The notes: a model not told the origin generated them from the sequence alone. A DNA stretch of 64,000 nucleotides from Octopus sinensis (GCF_006345805.1 NC_043004.1:20026001-20090000); one strand, 5' to 3'. Shown: positions 13,839 to 26,251, counted from the stretch's first letter. Numbers and translations: made by a program.

Positions 13839-14045
13839 GAGGCGGTGAGTTGGCAGGATCGTTAGCACGCTGGGAAAATTGCTTAGCAGCATTTCGTCCG
13901 TATTTACGTCCTGAGTTCAAATTCCGCCGCAGTCGACTCTGCCTTTTATCTTTTTGAGAACGATAAACTAAGTTCCAGTTGAGTACTAGGGTCGATGTAA
14001 CCACCACCCCCCAAAAAATTCAGGCGCTGTGCCTTTACTAGAAAG
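13839..14045 (+). mobile_element. SINE family A with tail type A
   Basis: GGCGGTGAGTTGGCAGGATCGTTAGCAC head; B box GAGTTCAAATTCC; tail CCCCCAAAAAATTCAGGCGCTGTGCC..AGAAAGGATTAT. Confidence 0.85.
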
Positions 14046-14794
14046 GATTATCATCATTTTTATTGAATGAAAGAGCAGTATGCGTCATCAAAGTGACGTG
14101 GGGTCCGAGAACATCTGAGGTCTCAACACCGAATGGCACATATTTATATATTTTTACCTCCTCGGCGTTACGCTCGACGATACCTGGATTTGCATCTGAT
14201 GCAGAAAGGTTGGCGCAGGAAAACGTGTCGCTGCACATCACGCACATCGCGTCCCAATGACAAAGAAATAGAAAGAATATAAAAAAACAGAAAAGAACAC
14301 TTAGTTAAGACGTTTTGCATAAATGTGATGAAATTCGCTTGTTACTTTGTTCATTCCTGCAGGATATGATGTTAGTAATTCGCAAATATATTTATCTCCG
14401 TGTGTTTGAGGATTGAAAATGCAGTAGCGTCAGAATATTTTCTGACAATGTGTGCTTTAAGGTATTCCTGAAACATGCAGCCGTTTCATGTAAAATGTTT
14501 GTGAAATTCCGTCGAACTTTTGTTATTTTGCCTGATGTCATACCTATGACCAAGGAATTTTTTATTCAATTGCTTTTGTGAAACCAACATAAATCAAGTT
14601 GTGTTGGTGCATTCTGCTATGTACATCAACTATCTCCCTGAAATCAACTATGCCTTTCATCGTCTTGAAGTCAATAAAAGAAAGGGTCTGTTAAGTATTA
14701 GGCTTGATAGTATGGACTAACCAGCCCTCATCAAACTGAGGTCATTGAGCGTAAATCAGAAACCCTTGTTATTTTTATTACAGTTATTTGTACA

Positions 14795-14990
14795 AGGCCG
14801 CAAGCTGGGAGTATCTTTAGCCTGTCGGATGAAGTGCTTAGCGGCATTTCCGTTACTCTACGTTCGGAGATCAGAGGTCAAGTTTACATTTCATTTCTTT
14901 CAGGGTTAAGTACTTGGAATGGTATAGCCGACTTACCCTAACACAAAATTTGTGTCCATGTGCTCAAATTACGAATAGTATTTGTTCACA
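14795..14990 (+). mobile_element. SINE family A, highly degraded
   Basis: GGATGAAGTGCTTAGCGGCATTTC...GAGGTCAAGTTT; tail CAAAATTTGTGTCCATGTGC. Confidence 0.6.
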
Positions 14991-16416
14991 TTAATTTGTA
15001 TCTACTAATTTATTACTGTAGAAATTAGTGTAATTTTCTCTCTAACCTGGTGATAAATTACAATTACTTCACATTTAGTTTTAATGTGAAATTTAGTTTT
15101 AATGACTGAGTAGCAATTTTTGCTTATATATTATCTACTTTGTAATTTGATACTGAAATCGAATTTTAATTATTTTGCGAAATATTAGAACTAGCAACAA
15201 CCAGAATGGCAGCTGTAGCATAAACATCAAGATAACAGATTTATTGTGCATGTGAAAGTGTGCAATAACAGATATACAATACGTACTCAATGACATTATT
15301 TGTAGATGCGGTTGATGTTTTTATACTGTGAAATAATCGGTTTTTGCAAGATTTCCTTTTTTCCTAGTGACATCGTCATAATTGAATAAGAGAAACGCAG
15401 GTAAACATTTACGAAACTCCTTCAAACACCTGTTGATATGCTACAGATATGACTACAAAATATTATATGAATAAGGATCTTAGAAATATAATAGCGACAG
15501 ACTAGATTGCTTCAAATGATTTATAATATTGCTTGTATGTTGGTTCAGCGTTGAAATTTCAGCTGGTTCGGCTCTGCGTTCGATATTTTCATGTCGCTGA
15601 CAAATATTGTTCATCATATACCAGAAAAAAATGACATTATATTAACACATTTTTGGTATATAATATACCCTTGACTCGATTAAATATGTCAGTATTATGC
15701 AGATGAGAAGAAACAGCCAAGTGAATAATATATTAGTTTACAAGCACTTAGATTTGTTCGCAAACAATTACAGAATGTCTGAGAAAGAAACTTTATTTTT
15801 CTTCGATGATATCAAATTTATAAAGGAATGATCATATCAGAAATCGTTTTTTTTTCTTTGATTCGTTACTTGTGATAAACTATTTTTTTTATAAAGTAGT
15901 TTATGTGATTATCATCAACACGAAGCTACTAACGGAGTCATTAACACACACACGGTCACACACTACGCGTGCGCAAATGCTCACAGACACACAGACACAC
16001 ACACATGAAAACGCACGCATACGCACAGAAACATATCTAGCCTCTTTTATTCGTATCAACAATGATCTCAAAAAACCTCTTATTGCACTCACGTCATATA
16101 AAATGGCTGACTTGTTACAATCATTCAAACAGTGATTGCATTCGCATGAATGCAACTACGAATGCATTCTATAAAAAAGTTGTTATTGTATTGACGACAC
16201 TCTACTATTAAAATACAATATATCTTTCCAGCAATGCTATGTTGATCATCCATACTTTTCTTCGTTACAAACATACACACACACACATGCATACATATAT
16301 GTATATATATGTGAGAGTGTGCATGTGTGCTTGCGTGTTGGATTTCTATCGCGAAATAACGGTATAAGAACACATACAGGCACGCACACACACACACAAA
16401 CACATGTGTACATATG

Positions 16417-16477
<61 letters not shown>

Positions 16478-16481
16478 GTGT

Positions 16482-16514
<33 letters not shown>

Positions 16515-16515
<1 letters not shown>

Positions 16516-16918
16516 TCTTTTACTCTTTTACTTGTTTCAGTCATTTGACTGCGGCCATGCTGGAGCACCGCTTTTAATCGAGCAACTCGAACCCGGGACT
16601 TATTCTTTTGTAAGCCCAGTACTTATTCTATCGGTCTCTTTTGCCGAACCACTAAGTAACGGGGACATAAACACACCAGCATCGGTTTTCAAGCAATGCT
16701 AGGGGACAAACACAAACACAGACACGCAAACACACACATACATATATATACATATATACGACAGGCTTCTTTCAGTTTCCGTCTACCAAATCCACTCACA
16801 AGGCATTGGTCGGCCCGGGGCTATAGCAGAAGACACTTGCCCAAGATGCCACGCAGTGGGACTGAACCCGGAACCATGTGGTTGGTTAGCAAGCTACTTA
16901 CCACTCAGCCACTCCTAC
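16515..16918 (-). mobile_element. tRNA-derived SINE family B, near full length
   Basis: On the minus strand: A box TGGCTGAGTGG, B box GGTTCAGTCCC, then CTTGGGCAAGTGTCTTC, an internal (TG/TA)n tract, and a 3' tandem GTAAAAGA tail. Confidence 0.9.
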
Positions 16919-17016
16919 CGGAGTAAACGCATAAATGTGAAACAAGGTGGAAAAAAGAGTACTCAAATACCAGTGGTAGAATAATATGCTTTATTTAAAG
17001 CGGCAGAAAATTCAAC

Positions 17017-17064
17017 AAAACCTGTTACTCTGAGTTTCACGTTCCCGTTCGTCGGACAGTTTTT
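17017..17064 (-). ncRNA. Mirror-image type I minimal hammerhead motif (U4C variant)
   Basis: Reverse complement of the 17070-17117 motif, with one stem I mismatch. Confidence 0.72.
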
Positions 17065-17069
17065 CTAGC

Positions 17070-17117
17070 AAAACCTGTCCGACGAACGGGAACGTGAAAC
17101 TCAGAGTAACAGGTTTT
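17070..17117 (+). ncRNA. Type I minimal hammerhead ribozyme motif (U4C variant)
   Basis: Stem I AAAACCTGT/ACAGGTTTT (9 bp); core CCGACGA; stem II ACG-GGAA-CGT; GAAAC; near-palindromic stem III ACTCAGAGT; GUA cleavage triplet at 17106-17108. Confidence 0.75.
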
Positions 17118-17146
17118 GTTGAATTTTCTGCTGCTTTAAATAAAGC

Positions 17147-17177
<31 letters not shown>

Positions 17178-17398
17178 TGTATATGTGTATTTATCTAAAT
17201 TTATCTATCCATAATATATATATATATATATACATATGTGTGTGTGTGTGTGTGTACAATTTATAACATTTCCCATGATAAACATGCAAAGAAATCTGTT
17301 TGAAGTATGTTCCTTGACAGCATGCATCCGTGATGTATGTAGGTATAAAGGTATAAAGCAACCAAAACTTTTTAGCCTGAACAAAATCTGCCAATATT

Positions 17399-17981
17399 TC
17401 TTCGTAATTTTGGCACAAGGCCCGAAATTTTGGGGGAGTGGGCCAATCGACTAGATGGATCTCAGTGCGCAACTAGTATTTAATTTAGCGACCCCGAAAG
17501 GATGAAAGGCAAAGTCGACCTCGGTGGAATTTGAACTCAGAACGTAACGGCAGACGAAATACCTATTTCTTTACTACCCACAAGGGGCTAAATACAGAAT
17601 GGGACAAACAAGGACAGACAAACGGATGAAGTCGATATTATCGACCCCAGTGCATAACTGGTACTTATTTAATCGACCCCGAAATGATGAAAGGCAAAGT
17701 CGACCTCGGCGGAATTTGAACTCAGACCGTAGCGACAGACGAAATACCTATTTCTTTATTACCCACAAGGGGCTAAACATAGAGGGGACAAACAAGGACA
17801 GACATAGGTATTAAGTCGATTACATCGACCCCAGTGCGGAACTGGTACTTAATTTATCGACCCCGAAAGGATGAAAGGCAAAGTCAACCTCGGCGGAATT
17901 TGAACTCACAACGTAACGACAGACGAAATACCGTGAAGCATCTCGCCCGGCGTGCAAACGAATCTGCCAGCTCGCCGCCTT
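17399..17981 (-). mobile_element. SINE family A tandem trimer inserted as one unit
   Basis: Head at 17932-17981; body+tail B units at 17748-17931 and 17563-17747; body+tail A at 17399-17562. Perfect 18-bp TSD ACAAAATCTGCCAATATT at 17381-17398 and 17982-17999. Confidence 0.9.
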
Positions 17982-18206
17982 ACAAAATCTGCCAATATTA
18001 TAACGCAGAATGGCGCAAACCTATGTGAGATTTTGTGACGTTCTGCTACGAAATAGCCGCACAAATAACTTCAACAAATAAGTTAGCCTGGATTGCATGA
18101 GTTCTAAATGCGTCGATAATAACTTCCTATTTTCCAACTTGTGTACTATATAGAAAATTTAAGCTACGTTTTTTTATCGGCTACTATGTTAATCGTCTGT
18201 CTAATG

Positions 18207-20927
18207 CAACGATCGCCAAAGTGGGGTCCTAGGACCCCCTACGGGTCAGCGAGGAAATACAGGGGTCGATGATAGCCAAAGGATCGAATGGGACGGGTCG
18301 GCGTGCGAAAGACCAGCTCACCCAGATGAACTGCTTCAAATACTTAGACATTGCCATGAAAGTGGGGAAACATAACAAATTTTCATTGCAGCGAGGAGTC
18401 TGCTGTTGCTAACGTTTCAGGCCTGATGTCGTAATCTGTATTGTAATCGAAGACTGAGAGGCGTCGCTGAGGGGAGGAGGACTGTCAAGTGTTTGCATAT
18501 GGAAATCACCAGGCCTTGTATGGCAGATAATATGTTAAATACATATCTTATAAACGTTTTTGTTGGTAAATTATTGACGGTGGTGGATGTGAGAGGATGG
18601 AATATTTATTACTTGGACGCAAGGCGGCGAGTTGGCAGAAACGTTAGCGCGCCGGGCGAAATGCTTAGCAGTTTTTCGTCTGTCGTTACGTTCTGAGTTC
18701 AAATTCCGCCGAGGTCGACTTTGCCTTTCATCCTTTCGGGGTCGATAAATAAAGTCCCAGTTACGCACTGGGGTCGATGTAATCGACTTAATTCGTTTGT
18801 CTGTCTTTGTTTGTCCCCTCTATGTTTAGCCCTTGTGGGTAATAAAGAAACATATTTATTACTTGGACGCTACGCCATCCATCGTGCTGCGCTTTTCTCC
18901 TTATCAGGAAGATAACTTTGAATTTGAATACATTTGTGTACATTGAAGGTTGTATATATACACTAATTTGGAATATCAAGATGTTCACGCTTAAAATTCA
19001 AGAGTAGACCAAGTTTGAAAACATCTTATTAAAGCTGCCTGCAAAAACTGATCTCGAAGGAGGACAGAAAGCCTCTTACAACATAGCTCTTAATATTGCA
19101 AGAAAAGGGAAAACCTTAATCTATCGGCGAGGAAGAGACTATTCCTACTCTTGTGGAAGTTATTGAAAATATGATGAAAGCTAATCCCAACACTGTTTAA
19201 AATTTTGTTCCGTTGAGCGCAAATACTGTGAACACCGCGTTGACGAGATGGCTACCAATGCTGAAAAAATGTTGATATCGGAGCTTACAGTCTTCGAAGT
19301 TTTCTCTTGAAGTCGATGAATCAACATTTGGTAGTTCTAGTGTATTGGTGGCATACGCAAGATAGTTTAGTCAGAGTCTCCAATGAGTTACTGGCGAGTT
19401 GCTATTCGCAAAATATCTAGAAGACGATACGAAAGGGGATAGGGTTTTCAGATGCCTAAAAGAATATTTCGAAGAACATGCCATCAATCTCCAAAACATT
19501 AATATGTTTACAACTGACGGTGCACCAGCTATTGTTGGAAGGTACAAAGGCTTCAAGCAAGAGGTTCGTAATGTACTTGCTATTCATTTCATATTGCGCC
19601 GAAACCATCTTGTGGCCCAGAAGCTTAGTGGTGAGCTGAATGGAACGTTGATGATTTGTGTAAAAACAGACAATAAAATAAAAGCACACCCGCCTCAACT
19701 CAAGATTGTTTGCAAAGTTGAGCGAGGAAAATTATGAAACAGCCAAGCAGTTACTCCTCCACACAGAGGTGAGGTGGATTTCGAAGGGTGAAAGCTTGCA
19801 AGCGTTTGTCGATATCTTCGATTCCAGGGTGGAGTTTTTGAGAGAAGTGACTCCAACACTGTGATGAATTGAAGAAATGTAAAAAGCATTTGTTTTATTT
19901 GGTAGACATTTGCTACAAGTTTAATGAGGCTGGAAAACGTCTGCATGGCATGGTTGTAACAATAATTCGAGGTCGGACAGTTATCATAGTAATCGAGGGG
20001 TGAAATTGCATTGTTCAAATATTGTTTGGAGAGAAGAGGTTTTACGTATTTTTCAAACTTGATGCACTTCTAGTTGAATTCAGGACGAAATATTTCAGAA
20101 GCTGATATCGAGATCTTCACCAATCACTTGCAAAACCTGTAAGATGATTTCCGTGCTCGGTGTAAAGACATCGAGAGCATTTAAATTCCGGCATGGATGA
20201 TGGCACCGTTCGACGTGATATTCAAAGATTTGAATAGGAGCCTAGAGCTTGAAAGCGAACTGGGTGATTTGCGTGTCGATATTGCAGTGAAAGCCTTTTG
20301 GGGGATCAGAAGTATCAGTGAAATTTGGCACAATATGAAAACAAGTGAACAGTACCCACACCTTAAAGCAGCAGCTGAGCCATTCCTGGCATTTCTCAGC
20401 TCTTACATGGTGAAGCTGGCTTCAGCCATGCAAACGAAATTCTTAGCAAACAGAGGATTCGCCCGAACCTAGGGGAATGAAACGATTTGAAAATGAAACT
20501 GACCAACAGTCAGCCTGAGTTCAATGCCCTGATTCAAGATCACCATGCTCATCCCTCGCATTGATGTTCTCAATTTCAGTAAAAGATATTCCAGCAATAT
20601 GATGCGTTTTTCACATTTTCTAACCCATGAAAACAATTTCATAAAAATTGAAAGTTTAATACTCTATACCCATACACGTAGTTTTAAATATAAAATGAGT
20701 GTCATCTTCAATAGAATTTGTTAATTTGTCGTACATGTATGTTTTAGCTAACATTTTAATTGCCAGCATCAGTACCCGGTACGCATTTAAGATATGGTAC
20801 GGTAGGGTGGGGTATTAAGATATTTTAAATGAGAAGGATGGTCGATGCGTAAGAAGTAGCTAAAGGGGGTCAATACGAAAGAAGTGGTTAAAGGGGGTCG
20901 ATGGCCGATAATGTTTGGTGACCTCTG
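18207..20927 (+). mobile_element. hAT transposon (Buster/Charlie-like) with decayed transposase ~18990-20564
   Basis: Imperfect TIRs CAACGATCGCCAAA / CAGAGGTCACCAAA (10/14). 8-bp TSD GTCTAATG / ATCTAATG. Motifs FSLEVDEST, TTDGAPAIVG, LLLHTEVRWISKG, and C-terminal HAHPSH*. Confidence 0.9.
18621..18851 (+). mobile_element. SINE family A full monomer (tail B), nested in the hAT element
   Basis: GGCGGCGAGTTGGCAGAAACG head; B box GAGTTCAAATTCC; perfect 19-bp TSD ATATTTATTACTTGGACGC at 18602-18620 and 18852-18870. Confidence 0.92.
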
Positions 20928-21576
20928 ATCTAATGCAATGGACTTTTCTTGGCAGAATTAATGCCCCAGTATGAGGAATATCTATCATTTGGTAGATGGG
21001 CAATATCAACCGTTTTGATCAGAATTTGCTTGAAATGTGATAGTAAATTGAACTGCCATTACCAGTTGCTCTTGTTGTTTAGATTCATACTAACGCTGAT
21101 CAAGTAGGTCTAAACTCAAATGTGTTCGAGCTGTGACTATAGTTGCTTCTTCAATTTGTAAATCGTAGAACATCTACTGATACATTACATTGCGAGATGG
21201 CTTGAAAGACATTTCAGGTATGACCATCCCAGCTTAATTCCAACCGGATAATACATTATCCAGTATTTTATACTGGATAATATTATATTATCCAGTATTT
21301 TATTTTCAGAGATTTCTATCAATTCAAAATATATGAGGGGCTAAAAATTTAATTAACCCTTCATAGCACTCTCTTCTACCTGACGCCTGGCATTCGATGC
21401 AGTCCTGATTGTGTAGATCCATAAACTCAGTACAAGATATGCATAGAAAAATTATATATGCGCGTGTGTATATGTATGTACATAGGGGTGACAGAGAAAG
21501 ATGACAGAAGGAATTCGAAATTACTTTGTCATCTCTTATACACACATACACATACACACACACATATATATGTATC

Positions 21577-21667
<91 letters not shown>

Positions 21668-22129
21668 TTGAAAGTAAACAGAAAATGGAGAAATATTGAT
21701 CAACAACAATTGACTTACATCAGTTATTATTTTTTTATTCAATACAATAGACTGTATCCTTTATAACACCTTTATCTACTTCCAATGTTACATGGTATTG
21801 CCATTGAAAATTCTAAAAATAATATTCATCATATTTGGTAATACAACCGATCTGGAACATGGAGCTTCATCAGAGTGAAGAAAACTACGCATATAAAAGA
21901 AAAGAAAAGCAAAGATAAGAAGAGCTTCGAAAGGAAAGACTTAATATATTTAAATCACACCATTTTTCTTATGTGTCGGTTATGTGTCCCAAACCTTTGA
22001 AGATAGAGGTCTATCTATAACGATGTAAAATGAACATTACTTCCTTAATTTCTTCGATATTATGTTAGAAATCAAACAAAGAATTTATAAACCATTTCAT
22101 AAACTTAATGGAAACAAAGTATACGAAAC

Positions 22130-22790
22130 ATTAGCAGTAATCATCTCAAATTAGTAACAAACTTACTAAATAGGACATTTTGTCTAGAATAGCAAAACTA
22201 TCAGCCAATGAGAATATTTTGAAATTAGATGTAGATTACTATAACTTAGCACTTAGGAAAGCGGGATATAAAAATAAAATAAAGTTTAATAATTCAAATT
22301 ACAAATCTGATTTAAATAGTAATTTTGATAACGAAAATCTAAAATCTAGTGCTATAATTATATCTTCTTATAAGAAAAATGGAAATTTAAAATCAAATAT
22401 AGAAGTTGATAAGATCACAAGTGCAGGTGATTTTAATAGAGAAAATAATCAAATGAACAATTGTAAAAGTTCAAACGAAAGTAAACATTATTATTAGATA
22501 GTTGATAACTGTGCTAAAAGTTCTCGTACTGCTAATAGAAATTTTTGTGTATTCTATTCTCTACTAAAATCTCAAATTCTTGTAATATAAAAACAGCTAA
22601 AATATTTAAAAATAAACACTAGCTTTAATACGGATTGAAATAAATGGATATTTCCTCCTTCGAAAAACGGATATAAACATCAAGATTATACTATGAACTC
22701 GAATAATACTTTGTGATTAATTATTCCATTTGGTAACCTAGTGAATATAATTTTTCCAAGTTCTTTAATATATTAATTCAAAAATATTTT
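22130..22790 (+). mobile_element. Penelope-like element fragment (RT C-terminal region and Asn-rich linker)
   Basis: SRIAKLSANENILKLDVDYYNLALRKAGYKNKIKF resembles the PLE RT thumb pattern (RIS.LSSNE.IF....Y..AL..SGY), followed by a decayed linker. A hammerhead remnant (TCATCAG, 21867-21873) lies just upstream. Confidence 0.65.
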
Positions 22791-22876
22791 CCAATCAATC
22801 CATGCATTTGAAACATGTGTAGAACAATGTAAAGCTGTATATATTAAACGAATTAAAGGTAGTGCTATGCAACTTC

Positions 22877-22892
22877 GTAATCATCATCATCA

Positions 22893-22924
<32 letters not shown>

Positions 22925-22943
22925 GTCATCGTCATCGTCATCG

Positions 22944-23015
<72 letters not shown>

Positions 23016-23085
23016 CATCATCATCATCACCATCACCACTACCTCCATCACCACCACCACCACCACCAACACCACCACCAACACC

Positions 23086-23138
<53 letters not shown>

Positions 23139-23146
23139 TATTATTA

Positions 23147-23192
<46 letters not shown>

Positions 23193-23200
23193 TACTATTC
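22877..23200. repeat. Compound graded trinucleotide microsatellite (CAT/CGT/CAC/ATT)
   Basis: Visible in sequence; source of the poly-H/I/M ORFs. Confidence 0.95.
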
Positions 23201-23324
23201 TAAATATGTATCTATGTATACATATATTATATACATCTATAATAATCATATATATATATATATAAGTTTATATATGTATATATAATATATGTATATATAT
23301 ATATATATGCATATATATATACAA

Positions 23325-23399
<75 letters not shown>

Positions 23400-23449
23400 C
23401 ATATGGATACATGTCTATGATTTTATATGTACACACATGCGTGTATATG

Positions 23450-24660
23450 TAATTATGGGAATTTATAAAAATATAAAATCTACATTGTATGTGGATTACA
23501 CTTTCGACCCAACACGTATTAATGTTTGTATAAACAGTACAAATAGTAACATTATTAGTTATAAAAATATATGTTTGTTTAAAGAAATTTACTTTTGAGT
23601 AAATTTATTAATTCATTTACATCTCCTCTATTAAGAATACGAATAACAAAAGAAAAGCCTAAAAACAGACCTAGGAGAATAATTTAGTTCTTTGCCTCAC
23701 GTTTTTCGTTAATGTTAAAACCAACATGCGTAAAAGACAACTATATCTCTTAAATAAAAACATTATCCCGTACCTCACAAGTACAGAAAAATATCCAACA
23801 GACGCTATCGTAAGGCTGCTGCCCCACTATGAAGAGCACCATTACACGCAAACACCTCCAAAAGTCTACTTCCTGTTGTAATTGTCGAGATACAGGAACC
23901 TGTCCCCTCGAACAGAGGTGCATGATTAAATTCGTCATGCATGAGTCAGAAGTTATAGCAATACTAGGTGATTACAACTGAAAAGAAAGAATTACGTCGG
24001 GTTCTGTGAAGGTGACTTCAAAAATCGCTATGCTAACCACATATCTTCTTTCCGCGCCAAGGAAAAAAAGTAAAGCCACTAAGTCGGCTAACCACCTATG
24101 GAGTTTGAGGTCTAACGCCATGTCCCATGCTATCAAGTGGAAAGTATTTCAAAACTCTGCACCATATGCCAACGGATAAAAAGGTAATCTATGCGTAGCT
24201 GAAAGATCACGGATCCTTTCCAGATCTAAAAACTCCACCGCACTATTGAAACCCAGATCTGAATTTTTCCACGGATGTAAACATATGAATACGTTCCTGT
24301 TGGCGAATTGGAAATTATCACCTCCTCCAGATAAAGCAGCTGTACTGCAGACGCTAGGCTTTTATCAATCAAACTCTATGACTTTACGTTCAAAAGGGAC
24401 ATATTTCTAAATCTCCTACTTTTTGGTTTTTTCTTTTCCGTTTTCTTTCGATTTCCAGGGTTTTCAATCTCCCGCCTTTTACATCTCCTTCTTGCTCATC
24501 TTTTCTCGTATTTTCTCTTATCCTGTTATCCTGTTTCAGCTTTTAATGTTATGTCGGCAGAGTCTGAGGATTGAGTGAATGCACCAGAAGTGTTACAAAA
24601 TGCAGACATTTAATGCATGAAACTATTGGTAACGCATATAAATATGTACTGTGTTTATTA
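23450..24660 (+). mobile_element. Penelope-like element 3' half with decayed GIY-YIG endonuclease (~23640-24315) and terminal repeat
   Basis: Translation across frameshifts: RPRRII*F..NVKTN, CNCRDTGTCPL..C, YVGFCEGDFKNRYANHISSF, HLWSLR..IKWKV, NLCVAER..LLKPRSEFFHGCKHMNTFLL. This is the typical PLE GIY-YIG layout. Confidence 0.85.
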
Positions 24661-24687
24661 AATAACATTATATATATATATATATAG

Positions 24688-24885
24688 GGGAAGTTTACGA
24701 AAAAACAAAAGACGAAAACAGGTAGTGTACAAAACAAACAAATGTATTAGTATAACGCTCAGGAATAGAAAAAGTCTTTTACGTTTCGAGCCTGCGCTCT
24801 TCTACAGAAAGGGACACAGAAAAAACAAGGAGAGAAAAAATGTATTTAGTAGCTAACGATCTATCATGGCGACTAGGGCCGGAAT
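24688..24885 (-). mobile_element. Short TA-flanked PLE-type repeat with hammerhead remnant at 24774-24811
   Basis: Minus strand: CTTT-CTGTAGA-A-GAGC-GCAG-GCTC-GAAAC-GTA-AAAG. The core has A6U. Confidence 0.6.
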
Positions 24886-25469
24886 GTGTGTGTATGTATA
24901 TATTACATTTGTAGGTGTATATGTGGAAGAATATATATACTAGAGTAGGATAAGGACACCTAATCTTTTCTTTCTAATTGTTTCAAAAGAGAATATAAAA
25001 ACTGGAAGGTAGTAAATCAATTTTAAATGAAAACAGATTCGAGTCTAGATTGGGGCCAATTGATTTGACGCGAAAGACAGAGGATAATTCACATCCTTCA
25101 CAGACACAAAGAAACAATTCATAAATACAGAATGAATCAGTCTTCAAAATGTTATCACTTCATTATCTCTAAATATAAATTATTCATTCTATTTTGTACT
25201 TTCTTTCTTATAGCTTGACCATCTGCCCCTTTCTTTGTCTCTTGCCTTATTTCAGCATTTCGTATTTTGATTATAATTGTATTTCATCTATCACTATATC
25301 TATGGGTTTAGTTTTATTAGTAAACTGCTCATAACACACTGCTTTGGGTACATATACTTACACTGAATAAAATGACGGTAGGATCTAATGAAGGTTTTAT
25401 TTAAACAAAACACATATATATATATATATATTATATATATATATATATTATATATATATATATAAATTT

Positions 25470-25732
25470 CTAAGTCTCTCTAAAGGAGACTACGGCAGCG
25501 GTACTGGAAATTAACAGTTATCGCCAAGCTAATATGGCAGTCCATAAATATAAGACTAAAGCTGCCGTTGATTAGCTCCAAGAGGCAATCACCTCTAGCT
25601 AGCTATATGACACACGAACCTGTGTCTATTATAACGTTCGAACAGGGGAGGTCAGCCGCTTCCCCTTACTGGTCAGGCATCTGCAGACATGTTTCACGAT
25701 ATTTGCCCTTTATCAATGCAGAGAAGCCAAAC

Positions 25733-25733
<1 letters not shown>
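25470..25733 (-). mobile_element. Short TA-flanked PLE-type repeat with hammerhead remnant at 25681-25721
   Basis: Minus strand: stem I CTGCA/TGCAG; core TTGATAA (2 changes from CUGAUGA); GAAAC; palindromic ACATGT; GUC triplet. Confidence 0.6.
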
Positions 25734-25779
<46 letters not shown>

Positions 25780-26202
25780 CAATTTTCCATCTTGTATCAA
25801 CCATGATGATAACACAGAATATCACCAATATACAACAGATGTGTTGAAAACATTACAGTGATTTTTTATCAAAAAATAAATCGTTCATTCCATTTTCTCT
25901 CATTTAGCTATTTATATAAACTGTACGCATTCTAAGGAATTCCTGATGTATATCCAGTAGCAGGAGTATTTATACATCAGGTAGCCTATAACTTTGGACG
26001 AGCTTTGTATTGCATTCTATAAGATATTTACCACAATATTATATTTGCACCAACCTTGACATTTTTTTCCACGTTTTTCTTTATGTTATTTTCTCACTGA
26101 CCAACGGCTTTGATCTTTAAAAAGGATACAGCATTAGACTATTAGTAGATATTTGGGTTGTAAATGCGTGTGTACACATACACACACATATATATATATA
26201 TG

Positions 26203-26251
<49 letters not shown>

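Larger units (their letters stand above)
16920..17150. mobile_element. Penelope-type terminal-repeat foldback (81-bp arms at 16984-17064 and 17070-17150)
   Basis: Arms are reverse complements with 2 mismatches around a 5-bp spacer CTAGC. Each arm has a hammerhead motif. The right arm ends in (TA)n. A half copy lies at 56100-56175. Confidence 0.8.

Noticed and set aside
17399-17981. Regular ~185-bp periodicity resembling a CRISPR array or satellite
   Set aside because: Units are SINE bodies with no unique spacers, there are no cas genes, and the context is eukaryotic.
17599-18768. Similar ORFs (RNDERQSRPRRNLNS..) repeated here and at 61239
   Set aside because: They are antisense readings of SINE family A.
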